From: Ramlibacter sp.
GTDB taxonomy: Bacteria; Pseudomonadota; Gammaproteobacteria; Burkholderiales; Burkholderiaceae_C
DNA length: 38,519 nucleotides
Reading direction: 5' to 3'
Assembly (NCBI GenBank): GCA_028292185.1
Contig: JAQGMT010000314.1
Location: 1 to 38,519 of the forward strand
Part shown: positions 18,166-27,728 of the stretch, piece after piece
How positions within the stretch are numbered: position 1 is the stretch's first letter
Layout: each line of letters opens with the position of its first letter
The notes under the pieces: generated by a model
Databases searched by the model: none
Told to the model about the DNA's origin: nothing
What the model saw: the letters and a program-made list of their open reading frames with translations, nothing else
Made by a program: the position numbers and the translations under genes

Positions 18166-20082
18166 ATGTTCGATTTCATCCGCAAGCACACCAAGATCAT
18201 GCAGTTCCTGCTGTTCCTGCTGATCTTTCCTTCCTTCGTGCTGTTCGGACTGCAGGGATACAACCGGTTCAAGGAAGGCGGCGACGCCGTGGCCAAGGTG
18301 GACGGCCACGACATCACGCAGGGCGAATGGGACGCCGCGCATCGCCAGGAAGTGGAGCGGCTGCGCCAGCAGATGCCCACCCTGGACGCCAAGCTGCTGG
18401 ACTCGCCGGCGGCGCGTTACGCCACGCTCGAGCGGATGGTGCGCGACCGCGTGATCGCGGCGGCGGCGGCCAAGGAAAGGCTCAGCGCCAGCGACCAGCG
18501 GCTCGCTCGCGAGCTGCAGCAAAACCAGATGATCGCCGCCTTGCGCGGCCCGGACGGCAAGCTGGACATGGCGCAGTATCGGCAACTGGTGGGCCAGCAA
18601 GGCCTGACGCCGGAGATGTTCGAGGCCAATGTGCGCGCCGACCTCTCGGCGCGGCAAGTGCTGGCCGCCATCGGCGCTACCGCCTTCGCACCGCCTGCAC
18701 AAGCGGCGGTTTCGCTGGATGCGCTGCTGGAAAAGCGCGAAGTGCAAGTGGCGCGCTTTGCCGCGGCCGACTACGCCAGCCGCGTGAATCCCACCGACGC
18801 CGAACTGGAAGCCTTCTACAAGGCGAGCACCGGCCTGTTCCAGGCGCCGGAGCAGGCCAATATCGACTACGTGGTGCTCGACGCGGAAGCGGTGAAGAAA
18901 TCCATTCCCCTGAACGAGCAGGACGTGAAGACCTACTACGAGCAGAACATCGGACGGCTCACCGGGCAGGAGGAGCGCCGCGCCAGCCAGATCCTCATCG
19001 CCGCGCCCAAGAGCGCCGCGCCGGCCGAGCGTGAAAAAGCCAAGGCCCGCGCCGAGGAACTGCTGGCGCAAGTGAAGAAAGCGCCGGACAGCTTCGCGGA
19101 GCTGGCGAAGAAGAATTCGCAGGACACCGCGTCGGCGGCCAACGGCGGCGATCTCGATTTCATCGCCCGCGGCGCGCTGATCAAGCCGTTCGAGGATGCC
19201 GTCTTCGCGATGAAGAAGGGCGAGATCGCCGGTCCGGTGGAATCCGACCTGGGCTATCACATCGTCAAGCTCACCGACATCAAGACCCCCAAGCAGCGCA
19301 GCTTCGAGGAGATGAAGCCCGAGATCGAGGCGGAACTCAGGAAGCAGCAGGCGCAGCGCAAGGTGGCCGAGAGCGCCGACGCGTTCAGCAACGCCGTCTA
19401 CGAGCAGTCGGACAGCCTGAAGCCCGCGGCGGAGCGGCTCAAGCTGGAGATCAAGACCGCCACCAACGTGCAGCGCACTCCGGCTGCCGGCGCCACCGGG
19501 GCGCTGGCGAACCCGAAGTTCCTGTCAGCGCTGTTCGCGCCCGACAGCATCGAGAAAAAGCGCAACACCGAAGCGGTGGAGATCGCTCCCAACACCCTGG
19601 CCTCCGGGCGCGTGACGCAGTACACGCCCGCCCGTGCGCTGCCGTTCGCCGAAGTCAAGGACAAGGTGCGGGAGCGTGTCGTCGCTGCGCGGGCAGCCGA
19701 ACTGGCCAAGAAGGACGGGGCCGAGAAGCTCGCCGCGTGGAAAGCCAACCCGGCGAGTGCGAACCTGCCGGCGGCTGTGGCCGTGTCGCGCCAGGAAACC
19801 CAGCAGCAGCCGCAAGCGGTGGTGGAAGCGGCCTTGCGCGCCGACCCTGCCGCGCTGCCGGCGTTTGCCGGTGTCGATCTGGGCGAGCAAGGCTATGCCG
19901 TGGTCAAAGTCGGCAAGGTGGTGACGCGGGAGGCCCCCGCCGCCGACGCCGTCAAGCTGCAAAGCCAGCAGTACGCGCAATGGTGGTCGTCGGCCGAGAC
20001 GCTCGCGTACTACAACATGCTCAAGGATCGTTTCAAGGTGCAGATTAAAATCGCCAAGCCAATCGGGCTGGAGGAGAAGTGA
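18166..20082 (+). CDS. ppiD: PpiD (SurA N-terminal domain + parvulin rotamase) periplasmic chaperone
   Basis: MFDFIRKH plus N-terminal TM, RRASQILI, NSQD..SAANGGDL, GYHIVKL. Standard position after hupB. Confidence 0.92.
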   Translation: MFDFIRKHTKIMQFLLFLLIFPSFVLFGLQGYNRFKEGGDAVAKVDGHDITQGEWDAAHRQEVERLRQQMPTLDAKLLDSPAARYATLERMVRDRVIAAAAAKERLSASDQRLARELQQNQMIAALRGPDGKLDMAQYRQLVGQQGLTPEMFEANVRADLSARQVLAAIGATAFAPPAQAAVSLDALLEKREVQVARFAAADYASRVNPTDAELEAFYKASTGLFQAPEQANIDYVVLDAEAVKKSIPLNEQDVKTYYEQNIGRLTGQEERRASQILIAAPKSAAPAEREKAKARAEELLAQVKKAPDSFAELAKKNSQDTASAANGGDLDFIARGALIKPFEDAVFAMKKGEIAGPVESDLGYHIVKLTDIKTPKQRSFEEMKPEIEAELRKQQAQRKVAESADAFSNAVYEQSDSLKPAAERLKLEIKTATNVQRTPAAGATGALANPKFLSALFAPDSIEKKRNTEAVEIAPNTLASGRVTQYTPARALPFAEVKDKVRERVVAARAAELAKKDGAEKLAAWKANPASANLPAAVAVSRQETQQQPQAVVEAALRADPAALPAFAGVDLGEQGYAVVKVGKVVTREAPAADAVKLQSQQYAQWWSSAETLAYYNMLKDRFKVQIKIAKPIGLEEK

Positions 20083-21065
20083 TGAAAGCCAGAACAGTGC
20101 GGATCCATGCGGCCGGCGGGCCCGAGGTCCTGAAGATCGAGGAACTCGAGTTGCCTGCGCCGGGCGCGGGTGAAGTGACCATCCGTCACACCGCCATCGG
20201 CTTCAATTTCCAGGACGTCTACACGCGTTCGGGTGCATATCCGGCACCCATGCCCACCGGGCTGGGCACGGAAGCGGCGGGCGTGGTGGAAAAAGTCGGG
20301 CCGGGGGTAGCGGGCTTCAAGCCCGGCGATCGCGTTTGCTACGCCAGCGGGCCGATGCTGGGCGCATGCGCCAGCCATCGCAACTACCCGGTCGCGCGCC
20401 TGCTTCATTCGCCCGACTTCATGGAAGACGAACAGATCGCCGCTGTGCTGCTCAAGGGCATGACGGTGGAGTACCTGATGCAGCGCTGCTATCCCGTCAT
20501 GCCGGGCGAGTACGTGCTGATGCACGCGGCCGCGGGGGGCGTCGGCTCGCTGGCGGGCCAGTGGGGCCGCCACATCGGCGCGCGGATGATCGGGGTCGCG
20601 GGCGGAGCCGACAAGGTGGCGCAGGCCAAAGCCTCCGGCTACGAGTTCTGCATCGACCGCAAGACCGAAGACATCGCGGCGCGGGTGAAGGAAATCACCG
20701 GGGGCGCGGGCGTTCCGGTGGTGTATGACTCGGTCGGCAAGGACTCCTTCGAGGCGTCGCTCAACAGCCTGGCGCCGCGCGGCTACTTCGTGTCGTTCGG
20801 GACGACCACGGGCGCACCGCCGCCGGTGGCTGCGAGCACCTTGCAGAAAATGGGGTCGCTGTATTTCACGCGCCCGACCCTGGTGACTTACACCGCTTCT
20901 TCCCAGGAACTGCAGGATTCCGCCGCGGCGGTGTTCGATGTGTTCCAGCGCGGTGCATTGAAGATCAGCATCAACCAGCGCTACAAGCTGAGCGACATTG
21001 CCCGGGCCCACGCCGACCTCGAGGGCGGCAAGACCACCGGCTCCAGCGTGATACTTCCCGACTGA
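20082..21065 (+). CDS. qor: Quinone oxidoreductase (zeta-crystallin/Qor, MDR family)
   Basis: GGPEVL, GFNFQD, LLKGMT, HAAAGGVG, YDSVGKD, KTTGS. Overlaps the ppiD stop (GTG 20079 or ATG 20082). Confidence 0.88.
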   Translation: MKARTVRIHAAGGPEVLKIEELELPAPGAGEVTIRHTAIGFNFQDVYTRSGAYPAPMPTGLGTEAAGVVEKVGPGVAGFKPGDRVCYASGPMLGACASHRNYPVARLLHSPDFMEDEQIAAVLLKGMTVEYLMQRCYPVMPGEYVLMHAAAGGVGSLAGQWGRHIGARMIGVAGGADKVAQAKASGYEFCIDRKTEDIAARVKEITGGAGVPVVYDSVGKDSFEASLNSLAPRGYFVSFGTTTGAPPPVAASTLQKMGSLYFTRPTLVTYTASSQELQDSAAAVFDVFQRGALKISINQRYKLSDIARAHADLEGGKTTGSSVILPD

Positions 21066-21087
21066 CCCGGGAACACTCCCCGGGTCA
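21063..21087. other. 9-bp stem-loop after qor
   Basis: TGACCCGGG-AACACTC-CCCGGGTCA. No U-tract on the + strand. Confidence 0.5.
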
Positions 21088-21137
21088 AACGGGGAGCCCA
21101 ATCTCGCCAACATCATCGGAAAAGAAGGGAAACGCAC

Positions 21138-21431
21138 ATGCCAGCAGCCTACTGGATTGCCCGTTCGCGCATCAACGATCCCGTTGAATACAAGAAGTAC
21201 GCCGACCTGGTGCCTGCGATCATCGCCGCTCACGGCGGTAAGATTCTCGGGCGCGGCGGCCGCTACCAGATCATGGAAGGTCCCAAGGACTTCCAGCGCT
21301 TCGTGGTGATCGAGTTCCCGACGTTGGAAGCCGGCGTGGCCTGCTTCGAGTCGCCCGAATATCAGAAGGCTGCCGCTTACCGCCGCTCCGGTGCGGGCGT
21401 GGTAGAAACCGTCATGCTGGAGGCGCTCTAA
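21138..21431 (+). CDS. DUF1330 family protein
   Basis: AHGGKILGRGG...EG...VVIEFP...SPEYQKA pattern. Confidence 0.9.
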   Translation: MPAAYWIARSRINDPVEYKKYADLVPAIIAAHGGKILGRGGRYQIMEGPKDFQRFVVIEFPTLEAGVACFESPEYQKAAAYRRSGAGVVETVMLEAL

Positions 21432-21498
21432 GCGGCGCGCTGGCTAGCACCAGTGCCGTGGGCGATGTGCCGCGGCAAGGCCATCAAGGAGATAAGCC

Positions 21499-22008
21499 GT
21501 GGGCGTGAAACTGCTGGAACATTTTCTGATCCTCACGCATGACCCGGAAGCAACGCGCGACTGGTTCTGCAACAACCTGGGCATGCGCTCGGGGGATCAT
21601 CCCGATTTCGGTTTCCCCGTGTACTGGCTGTACATCGGAGACAAGGACGTGGTGCACATCGGCAAGGCGCGCCATTCGAGCCATCAGGACACCTACATGC
21701 AGGCGCCCGGCGACGTTAAAGGTGTCGACTACTCGGCCGGCGGGGCCCTGGGGTCCGCCCGCATCGACCATGTGGCTTTCGCCTGCGAAGGCCTCGAGGA
21801 GTTCGCAGAGCGCCTCACCGCGAACAAGGTGGAGTTCAGCGAGCGCAAGGCGCACGGCGCTCGGGTCTACCAGCTGTTCATGCGCGAGCCGGTCAACGGC
21901 ATCAAGGTGGAGCTGAATTTCTCGGAGCAGGAAGCGATCCGCGCAGGGCGTGTGCCGGAGTGGACGAGTACGGGCGCGAACGAAAAGCCCGACGGCGCCA
22001 AGAGCTAG
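21499..22008 (+). CDS. VOC / glyoxalase family protein
   Basis: EHFLILTHD, PDFGFPVYWLY, IDHVAF, QLFMREP.NGIKVELNF. AAGGAG SD before GTG. Confidence 0.85.
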   Translation: MGVKLLEHFLILTHDPEATRDWFCNNLGMRSGDHPDFGFPVYWLYIGDKDVVHIGKARHSSHQDTYMQAPGDVKGVDYSAGGALGSARIDHVAFACEGLEEFAERLTANKVEFSERKAHGARVYQLFMREPVNGIKVELNFSEQEAIRAGRVPEWTSTGANEKPDGAKS

Positions 22009-22102
22009 CAAGAAGTCGCCCAGGACTTCGTCTCGCGCCTGTGACTTGAATCACCGGCCCAATGAGTCTCGCGGCTGAATCGGTGATCCGGCCCCTGCGG
22101 CA

Positions 22103-22912
22103 GTGGGCATCGCGGATGCCTTTCCGAAACAGGGATTTTTCCTGGGCAAGGAACCGAACTTCGCCAACCTGGACTTCGTGTTCGAGCGATATACCCAGCT
22201 CGTACTCGAGAACGGTGAAACGTGGATCGCCAACGATTCGACCGCGCAGGGCAATCCGACGTTCTTCGCGCAAGGCGCCTTCACGTTCCAGTCGCAGACC
22301 TTCACCTCCATCACGAACAGCACCGTCACCACCACCACGACGGCCACAACGACCAGCGTAGACCCCAGCTCGGTGCGGACCAACTTTGCAAACCCGAGCG
22401 CGCTGGTGGCGGCGAATAGCGCCACATTGGGGACTGGATCCGTGAATTTCGCGGTCGGGTCCACGCAAAACATCCCTTTCACCATCGTGACAAGCTCGCT
22501 TTACACGGACGTAAGCGGTCGACTGGCGCCGTCTCCGGGGAGTCGGTACCAGTATGAGTACGACAAACCGGCGAACGTTGCGGACATCACGGGCGCGTGG
22601 GTGTTCAACAATCTCGAAAAGCCGGCGCCCCAAGTGACGCTTCAGGTCAGCGGCACCGGTTCCTTGAGCGGCAGAAACGCGACGACGGGCTGCGCCTATT
22701 CGGGTGCGCTGACGCCACGCCCGAGCGGCAAGAACGTATTCAATGTGGCGCTCACCGTGACCGGCTGCGCCGATGCCGGCGACTACGCGGGGGTGAGCTA
22801 CTCGTTCTTGCGGGAGAAGGTGATCATCGACGGCACCTCCGTGCCCGTGCTCATGCTGTTTGCCATCAACACAGCCAAGACGCGCGTGGTCAACCTGCAG
22901 ATGGCGCGGTAG
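22103..22912 (+). CDS. Hypothetical Thr/Ser/Asn-rich beta-type protein, possibly 5'-decayed
   Basis: 269-aa ORF with coding-like codon use, a Thr run and a Cys pair (GCAYSG...TGC). No SD or signal peptide. In-frame TGA at 22076. Confidence 0.6.
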   Translation: MGIADAFPKQGFFLGKEPNFANLDFVFERYTQLVLENGETWIANDSTAQGNPTFFAQGAFTFQSQTFTSITNSTVTTTTTATTTSVDPSSVRTNFANPSALVAANSATLGTGSVNFAVGSTQNIPFTIVTSSLYTDVSGRLAPSPGSRYQYEYDKPANVADITGAWVFNNLEKPAPQVTLQVSGTGSLSGRNATTGCAYSGALTPRPSGKNVFNVALTVTGCADAGDYAGVSYSFLREKVIIDGTSVPVLMLFAINTAKTRVVNLQMAR

Positions 22913-22933
22913 GAGGAAAACCGCGGGGGAAGA

Positions 22934-23010
22934 TGGGGTGGCTGATGGGGCTCGAACCCACGACAACAGGAATCACAATCCTGGACTCTACCAACTGAGC
23001 TACAGCCACC
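22934..23010 (-). tRNA. tRNA-His (GTG)
   Basis: GGTGGCTGTAGCTCAGTTGGTAGAG...TTGTGAT...GTTCGAG...CAGCCACCCCA, 77 nt including G-1. TATAAT at 23027-23022 upstream. Confidence 0.97.
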
Positions 23011-23065
23011 GCAGGGTTGCGATTATACCGGGGGCCCCGGCCCGGCGTCCGGCTTGGCCTGCGGC

Positions 23066-24040
23066 TTAGTTCACCATCACCAGCTTGCCCTTGACGCCGC
23101 GCGACCCCATGTGCGCGTACGCCGCCTTGAGCTCGGCCATGGGCATCGTGCGGTCGATGACGGGCTTGATCTTGCCTTCGCGGTACCAGCGCGTCAGCTC
23201 CTGCATCATCGCCGCGTTGGCTTTGGGCTCGTTGCGGGAGAAAGACCCCCAGAACACGCCGACGACGGACGCTTCCTTGAGCAGCGGCAAGTTCAGCGGC
23301 AGCGCGGGGATCGGCCCCGCCGCGAAACCGACCACCAGGTAGCGGCCGCGCCGGGCAATGGAGCGGAACGCCGGTTCGGTGAAGTCGCCGCCGACCGGGT
23401 CGTAGATCACATCCGGGCCTTTGCCGCCGCAAGCCGCCTTGATCGCGTCGCGCAAGTTCTCCTTGCTGTAGTTGATCGTCGCGTCGGCGCCGATCGACTT
23501 GCACAATTCGCACTTCTCGTCGCTGGAGGCCGCGGCGATCACGCGCGCGCCCACCACTTTCGCAATCTGGATCGCCGAGGTGCCGACACCGCCCGCAGCA
23601 CCGAGCACCAGCACGGTGTCACCGGCCTTGAGCTGGCCGCGGTCGATCAATGCATGGTGCGAGGTGGCGTAGATCATGATGAAAGCGGCTGCGTCGACCA
23701 GCGGAAATTCCTGCGGCAGCGGCATGCAGAGTGCCGCCGGAGCCACCGTGTGCGTGCCGAATCCGCCGGTGCCGGACAGGCAGGCGACGTTCTGGCCCAC
23801 CTGCAACGCGGTTACGCCTTCGCCGACGGCTTCGATCGTTCCCGCGTATTCCGACCCCGGCACGAAGGGCAGCGCCGGCTTCATCTGGTACTTGTTCTGC
23901 ACGATCAGGAGGTCGGGAAAGTTCAGGCTGGCCGCGGCGATCTTGATCAGCACCTCGCCGGCCTTGGGCGCGGGCGTTGGCAATTCCTTCCACTGCAGCG
24001 CGTCGGCGCCGACGGGGTTTTCGCAAAGCCAGGCGTGCAT
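23066..24040 (-). CDS. NADPH:quinone oxidoreductase family protein (MDR)
   Basis: SLNFPDLL, PFVPGSE, LGAAGGVG, YDPVGG, GFAAG, GVFWG motifs. Confidence 0.92.
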   Translation of the reverse strand: MHAWLCENPVGADALQWKELPTPAPKAGEVLIKIAAASLNFPDLLIVQNKYQMKPALPFVPGSEYAGTIEAVGEGVTALQVGQNVACLSGTGGFGTHTVAPAALCMPLPQEFPLVDAAAFIMIYATSHHALIDRGQLKAGDTVLVLGAAGGVGTSAIQIAKVVGARVIAAASSDEKCELCKSIGADATINYSKENLRDAIKAACGGKGPDVIYDPVGGDFTEPAFRSIARRGRYLVVGFAAGPIPALPLNLPLLKEASVVGVFWGSFSRNEPKANAAMMQELTRWYREGKIKPVIDRTMPMAELKAAYAHMGSRGVKGKLVMVN

Positions 24041-24149
24041 GGTTCCTTCTTTCGCAAAGAGCTGGCGCCATCATAGGCGCACGAAATAGCCTTGGCCGGC
24101 GGGAGCGGCGGCCCTTCCACGCCTACAATTCTTTTCGAATCCAGTTCCA

Positions 24150-24923
24150 ATGAAAATCCTGCTTTCCAACGACGACGGCTACCAGGCGCCCGGCATCGTC
24201 GCACTCTACGAAGCCATCAAGGACCTCGGCGAAGTGGAGGTGGTGGCGCCGGAGCACAACAACAGCGCGAAGTCGAACGCACTGACGCTGCATTCGCCTT
24301 TGTATGTGCATGAGGCGGCCAACGGGTTTCGCTACGTCAACGGCACGCCGGCCGATTGCGTGCATGTCGCGCTCACGGGTCTGCTGGGCTATCGCCCCGA
24401 CCTGGTGGTCAGCGGCATCAACAACGGCGCCAACATGGGCGACGACACCATCTACTCCGGCACCGTCGGCGCGGCGATGGAAGGTTACCTGTTTGGGATT
24501 TCCGCGATCGCTTTCTCGCAAACGCAAAAAGGCTGGGGCCATCTCGATGCGGCCGCGCGCAAGGCGCGCGATCTGGTGCAACAGGTGCTGGCGCAAGGCG
24601 CGCCGCAAGCCAAGCCCTTCCTGCTGAACGTCAATATCCCGAATCTGCCGTACGAGGAACTCAAGCCCTTCAAGGTTTCGCGCCTCGGCCGCCGGCATGC
24701 GGCGGAGAAGGTGATCTCGCAGACCAGCCCGCATGGCGAGACCATGTACTGGATCGGCGGCGCGGGCCCGGCCAAGGACGATGCGCAGGGCACGGATTTC
24801 CACGCGACGGTGCAAGGCCACGTGTCGGTCACGCCGCTGAAGGTGGACCTCACCGACCACGACGAACTCGCGCATTGGGCGCAGGCCTTCGGCCCGCTGG
24901 CCGCAAGCAAGGCGCGGGGCTGA
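24150..24923 (+). CDS. surE: 5'/3'-nucleotidase SurE
   Basis: [32 protein letters not shown] motifs. Confidence 0.96.
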   Translation: MKILLSNDDGYQAPGIVALYEAIKDLGEVEVVAPEHNNSAKSNALTLHSPLYVHEAANGFRYVNGTPADCVHVALTGLLGYRPDLVVSGINNGANMGDDTIYSGTVGAAMEGYLFGISAIAFSQTQKGWGHLDAAARKARDLVQQVLAQGAPQAKPFLLNVNIPNLPYEELKPFKVSRLGRRHAAEKVISQTSPHGETMYWIGGAGPAKDDAQGTDFHATVQGHVSVTPLKVDLTDHDELAHWAQAFGPLAASKARG

Positions 24924-25697
24924 ATGTCGCGCAGGCCCGGTTTTCCGGCGCGGCTCGGGCCTGCCCCAGCTGCCCCTGGCAAGCGCCCTGCGCCGGCGAC
25001 TCGGCAAGTTCCTGCGGCGCAGCCTCGCGCGGCGGTGGGCGTGGGCATGGATTCCCATGCGGTGCGAATGCGCATGGTGCAAAGGCTGGCCGCGGGCGGC
25101 ATCGCGAATGCGAGCGTGCTCGCGGCCATGGGCGCCGTGGAGCGGCACCGTTTCGTCGACAGCGCACTGGTGAACCAGTCCTACGAGGACACCAGCTTGC
25201 CGATCGGCCTGGGCCAGACCATCTCCAAGCCGAGTGTCGTCGCGCGCATGATCGAACTGCTGCTGGCCGGCACGCCCAGCGCGTCCGGCAAGCTCGGGCG
25301 CGTGCTCGAAATTGGCACAGGTTGCGGCTATCAGGCGGCGGTGCTTAGCGTGGTCGCGACCGAGGTGTACAGCATCGAGCGCTTGCGCGGGCTGCACGAC
25401 AAGGCGCGCGACAACTTGCGGCCGTTTCGCCTGGCCAATGTGCACTTGCTGTTCGGCGACGGCATGGCCGGATTCGCCAAGGGCGCGCCGTATGCCGGGA
25501 TCATCGCGGCCGCCGGCGGCGAGGCGGTTCCGCAAGCGTGGATCGACCAACTGGCGGTCGGAGGCCGCATCGTGGCGCCCACGCTCACGGCGTCAGGGCA
25601 TCAAGCGCTGGTTGTGATGGAGAAGACGCCTCGTGAAATGAAACAAACTGTGCTTGAGGCGGTTCACTTCGTACCCCTAAAATCAGGAATCGCTTGA
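24924..25697 (+). CDS. pcm: Protein-L-isoaspartate O-methyltransferase
   Basis: LPIGLGQTISKP, LEIGTGCGYQAAVL, FVPL. surE-pcm-nlpD synteny. Confidence 0.95.
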   Translation: MSRRPGFPARLGPAPAAPGKRPAPATRQVPAAQPRAAVGVGMDSHAVRMRMVQRLAAGGIANASVLAAMGAVERHRFVDSALVNQSYEDTSLPIGLGQTISKPSVVARMIELLLAGTPSASGKLGRVLEIGTGCGYQAAVLSVVATEVYSIERLRGLHDKARDNLRPFRLANVHLLFGDGMAGFAKGAPYAGIIAAAGGEAVPQAWIDQLAVGGRIVAPTLTASGHQALVVMEKTPREMKQTVLEAVHFVPLKSGIA

Positions 25698-25711
25698 AGA
25701 AAGATTACAAG

Positions 25712-26596
25712 ATGCTCGAGTTGCGCGGTCGCCGGTGGATGTGGGCAGCGGGGGTGCTGGCGGCGAGCATGCTTGCCGGGTGCGCTTCCGGCTCACGCCG
25801 GCCCGCGCCGGTGGAGGATCGAAGCGTTGGCGCGCACGCGCCCGCGGCCGCCGGCACGGCGAATACGGGCGAAGCGCCGAAGCCGCCGCCCGGAAGCGAG
25901 AACCAGGGCAAACCCGGCTACTACACGATCCGCCCGGGCGACACGCTGATTCGCATCGCCCTGGACAGCGGCCAGAACTGGCGCGACATCGCGCGCTGGA
26001 ACAACATCGACAACCCGAACGTCATCGAAGTGGGCCAGGTGCTGCGGGTGATCCCGCCTGCCGGATCGACCGAGGTCGCCGTGGCGCGGCCCGTCGTCCC
26101 CGGCGTGGTGGTGCCCAGTGGCGCCGCGGCGCCCTCAGCCAGCGCGCCGCGCGCGGGATCGTCCGCGCCGCAAGCGAGCTTGCCGCCGCCGGCCAACGCG
26201 CCGCCGCCGAGCGCCGGCGAAGATGATCTGGCCTGGACCTGGCCGACTGCCGGCGCCGCCACCGTCCTGGCCGGCTTCGACGAGCAGCGCAACAAGGGCC
26301 TGGACATCGCTGGCAAGGCCGGCGACCCGGTGCTGGCCACCGCGGACGGGCGCGTCGTGTACGCCGGGGCGGGCCTGCGTGGCTACGGCAACCTGATCAT
26401 CCTGAAACACAACAACACCTTCCTCTCCGCCTACGCGCACAACCAGACCCTGCTGGTGAAAGAAGACCAGTCCGTGCGCAAGGGCCAGAAGATTGCCGAG
26501 ATGGGCAGCAGCGACGCCGACCGCGTGAAGCTGCATTTCGAGATCCGCCGGCAAGGCAAGCCTGTGGATCCGGCAAAGTACCTGCCGCCGAAGTAG
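25712..26596 (+). CDS. nlpD: NlpD lipoprotein (LysM + M23 domain)
   Basis: Lipobox LAGC, LysM (YTIRPGDTL), [22 protein letters not shown]. Start may be TTG 25694. Confidence 0.93.
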   Translation: MLELRGRRWMWAAGVLAASMLAGCASGSRRPAPVEDRSVGAHAPAAAGTANTGEAPKPPPGSENQGKPGYYTIRPGDTLIRIALDSGQNWRDIARWNNIDNPNVIEVGQVLRVIPPAGSTEVAVARPVVPGVVVPSGAAAPSASAPRAGSSAPQASLPPPANAPPPSAGEDDLAWTWPTAGAATVLAGFDEQRNKGLDIAGKAGDPVLATADGRVVYAGAGLRGYGNLIILKHNNTFLSAYAHNQTLLVKEDQSVRKGQKIAEMGSSDADRVKLHFEIRRQGKPVDPAKYLPPK

Positions 26597-26597
26597 C

Positions 26598-27614
26598 ATG
26601 AAAAAGCGCGGCGAACACGGCGGCCCGGCTCGCATCGGCCGCAGCGGCAACGGCGATGCGCCTGCTGCCGCTGCCCTTGGCAGCGACAGTCCGGTCTTCG
26701 CCACCGCCGCGCAAGGGCCACGCGCGCGCAAGCTGCCCGCGGAGATCGCCGGCGAAGCCAGCGACATCCTCACGATGTATTTGCGCGAGGTGCGGCGCAC
26801 GGAGCTGTTCACGCCGCAGCAGGAGTTCGAGACCGCCGCCCGCGCGCGGGCCGGTGATTTTTCGGCGCGGCAGTCGATGATCGAGCACAACCTGCGGCTG
26901 GTCGTGAGCATCGCCAAGGGCTACCTGGGGCGCGGCGTACCTTTGTCGGACCTGATCGAGGAAGGCAACCTCGGCCTGATGCACGCGATCGACAAGTTCG
27001 AGCCCGAGCGCGGATTTCGCTTTTCCACCTACGCCACCTGGTGGATTCGCCAATCCGTCGAGCGCGCCGTCATGAACCAGGGCCGCGTGATCCGCCTGCC
27101 CGTGCACGTGGTGCGCGAACTGCAGCAGGTGCTGCGCGCCCGCCGCACGCTGGAGAACGATCCTGAATTCGCGGCCGCGCGCAAGGGCTATGAAGGCGAG
27201 GGTGTTCGCGTCGAAGATGTGGCGGCCTTGCTCGGGCGCGAGGTGCAGGAAGTGGCCGAGCTGCTGGCGCTCGCGGAGACGCCCAGATCGCTTGACGCCG
27301 CGATGGACGGCGAGGACGAGCACACCTTGGCCGACTCGCTGTCCGATGAATGGGCGGATGACCCGACGGGGGTCGCGCAGAACCACGAAGTCGAGCGGCT
27401 GTTGAACAACTGGATCGAGGCCTTGTCGCAGCGCGAAAAGGAAGTACTGGAAGGCCGCTTCGGACTGCACGACAGGGAACCCGAGACGCTGGAAGTGCTC
27501 AGCGACCGGCTGGGGCTCACGCGCGAACGGGTGCGCCAGATCCAGAACGAGGCGCTGCTGAAGCTCAAGCGCCACATGGCGCGCAACGGCATCGGCAAAG
27601 AGGCGCTGTTCTAG
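26598..27614 (+). CDS. rpoS: RNA polymerase sigma factor RpoS
   Basis: [55 protein letters not shown]. Directly after nlpD. Confidence 0.9.
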   Translation: MKKRGEHGGPARIGRSGNGDAPAAAALGSDSPVFATAAQGPRARKLPAEIAGEASDILTMYLREVRRTELFTPQQEFETAARARAGDFSARQSMIEHNLRLVVSIAKGYLGRGVPLSDLIEEGNLGLMHAIDKFEPERGFRFSTYATWWIRQSVERAVMNQGRVIRLPVHVVRELQQVLRARRTLENDPEFAAARKGYEGEGVRVEDVAALLGREVQEVAELLALAETPRSLDAAMDGEDEHTLADSLSDEWADDPTGVAQNHEVERLLNNWIEALSQREKEVLEGRFGLHDREPETLEVLSDRLGLTRERVRQIQNEALLKLKRHMARNGIGKEALF

Positions 27615-27626
27615 CGTGAACGTCTT

Positions 27627-27665
27627 CCCCTTCCCCCATCGGGGGGGAAGGCCGGGATGGGGGGC
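27627..27665. repeat. REP-like extragenic palindrome
   Basis: CCTTCCCCC-ATCGG-GGGGGAAGG followed by a CCGGGATGGGGG tail, the shape of a common proteobacterial REP family. Single copy in this window. Confidence 0.6.
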
Positions 27666-27681
27666 TCCTGATAAAGCCGCA

Positions 27682-27728
27682 GGCCAACTCATGGTTTCGA
27701 CTGGTACAGTCGAAACCATGAGTTGGCC
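27682..27728. repeat. Perfect 22-bp inverted repeat overlapping the exonuclease start codon
   Basis: GGCCAACTCATGGTTTCGACTG-GTA-CAGTCGAAACCATGAGTTGGCC. Confidence 0.95.

Noticed and set aside
18035-18223. Short ORFs overlapping tRNA-Val (and 22597-22998 over tRNA-His)
   Set aside because: Spurious translations of tRNA sequence.
22321-22354. ACC/ACG-type repeat run (also Pro/Ala runs in tonB and nlpD)
   Set aside because: These are coding low-complexity linkers, not CRISPR or phase-variable repeats. No repeat-spacer array was seen anywhere in the window.
18033-23010. Possible integrative element between tRNA-Val and tRNA-His
   Set aside because: No integrase, no duplicated tRNA 3' end seen, and ppiD is a core gene.
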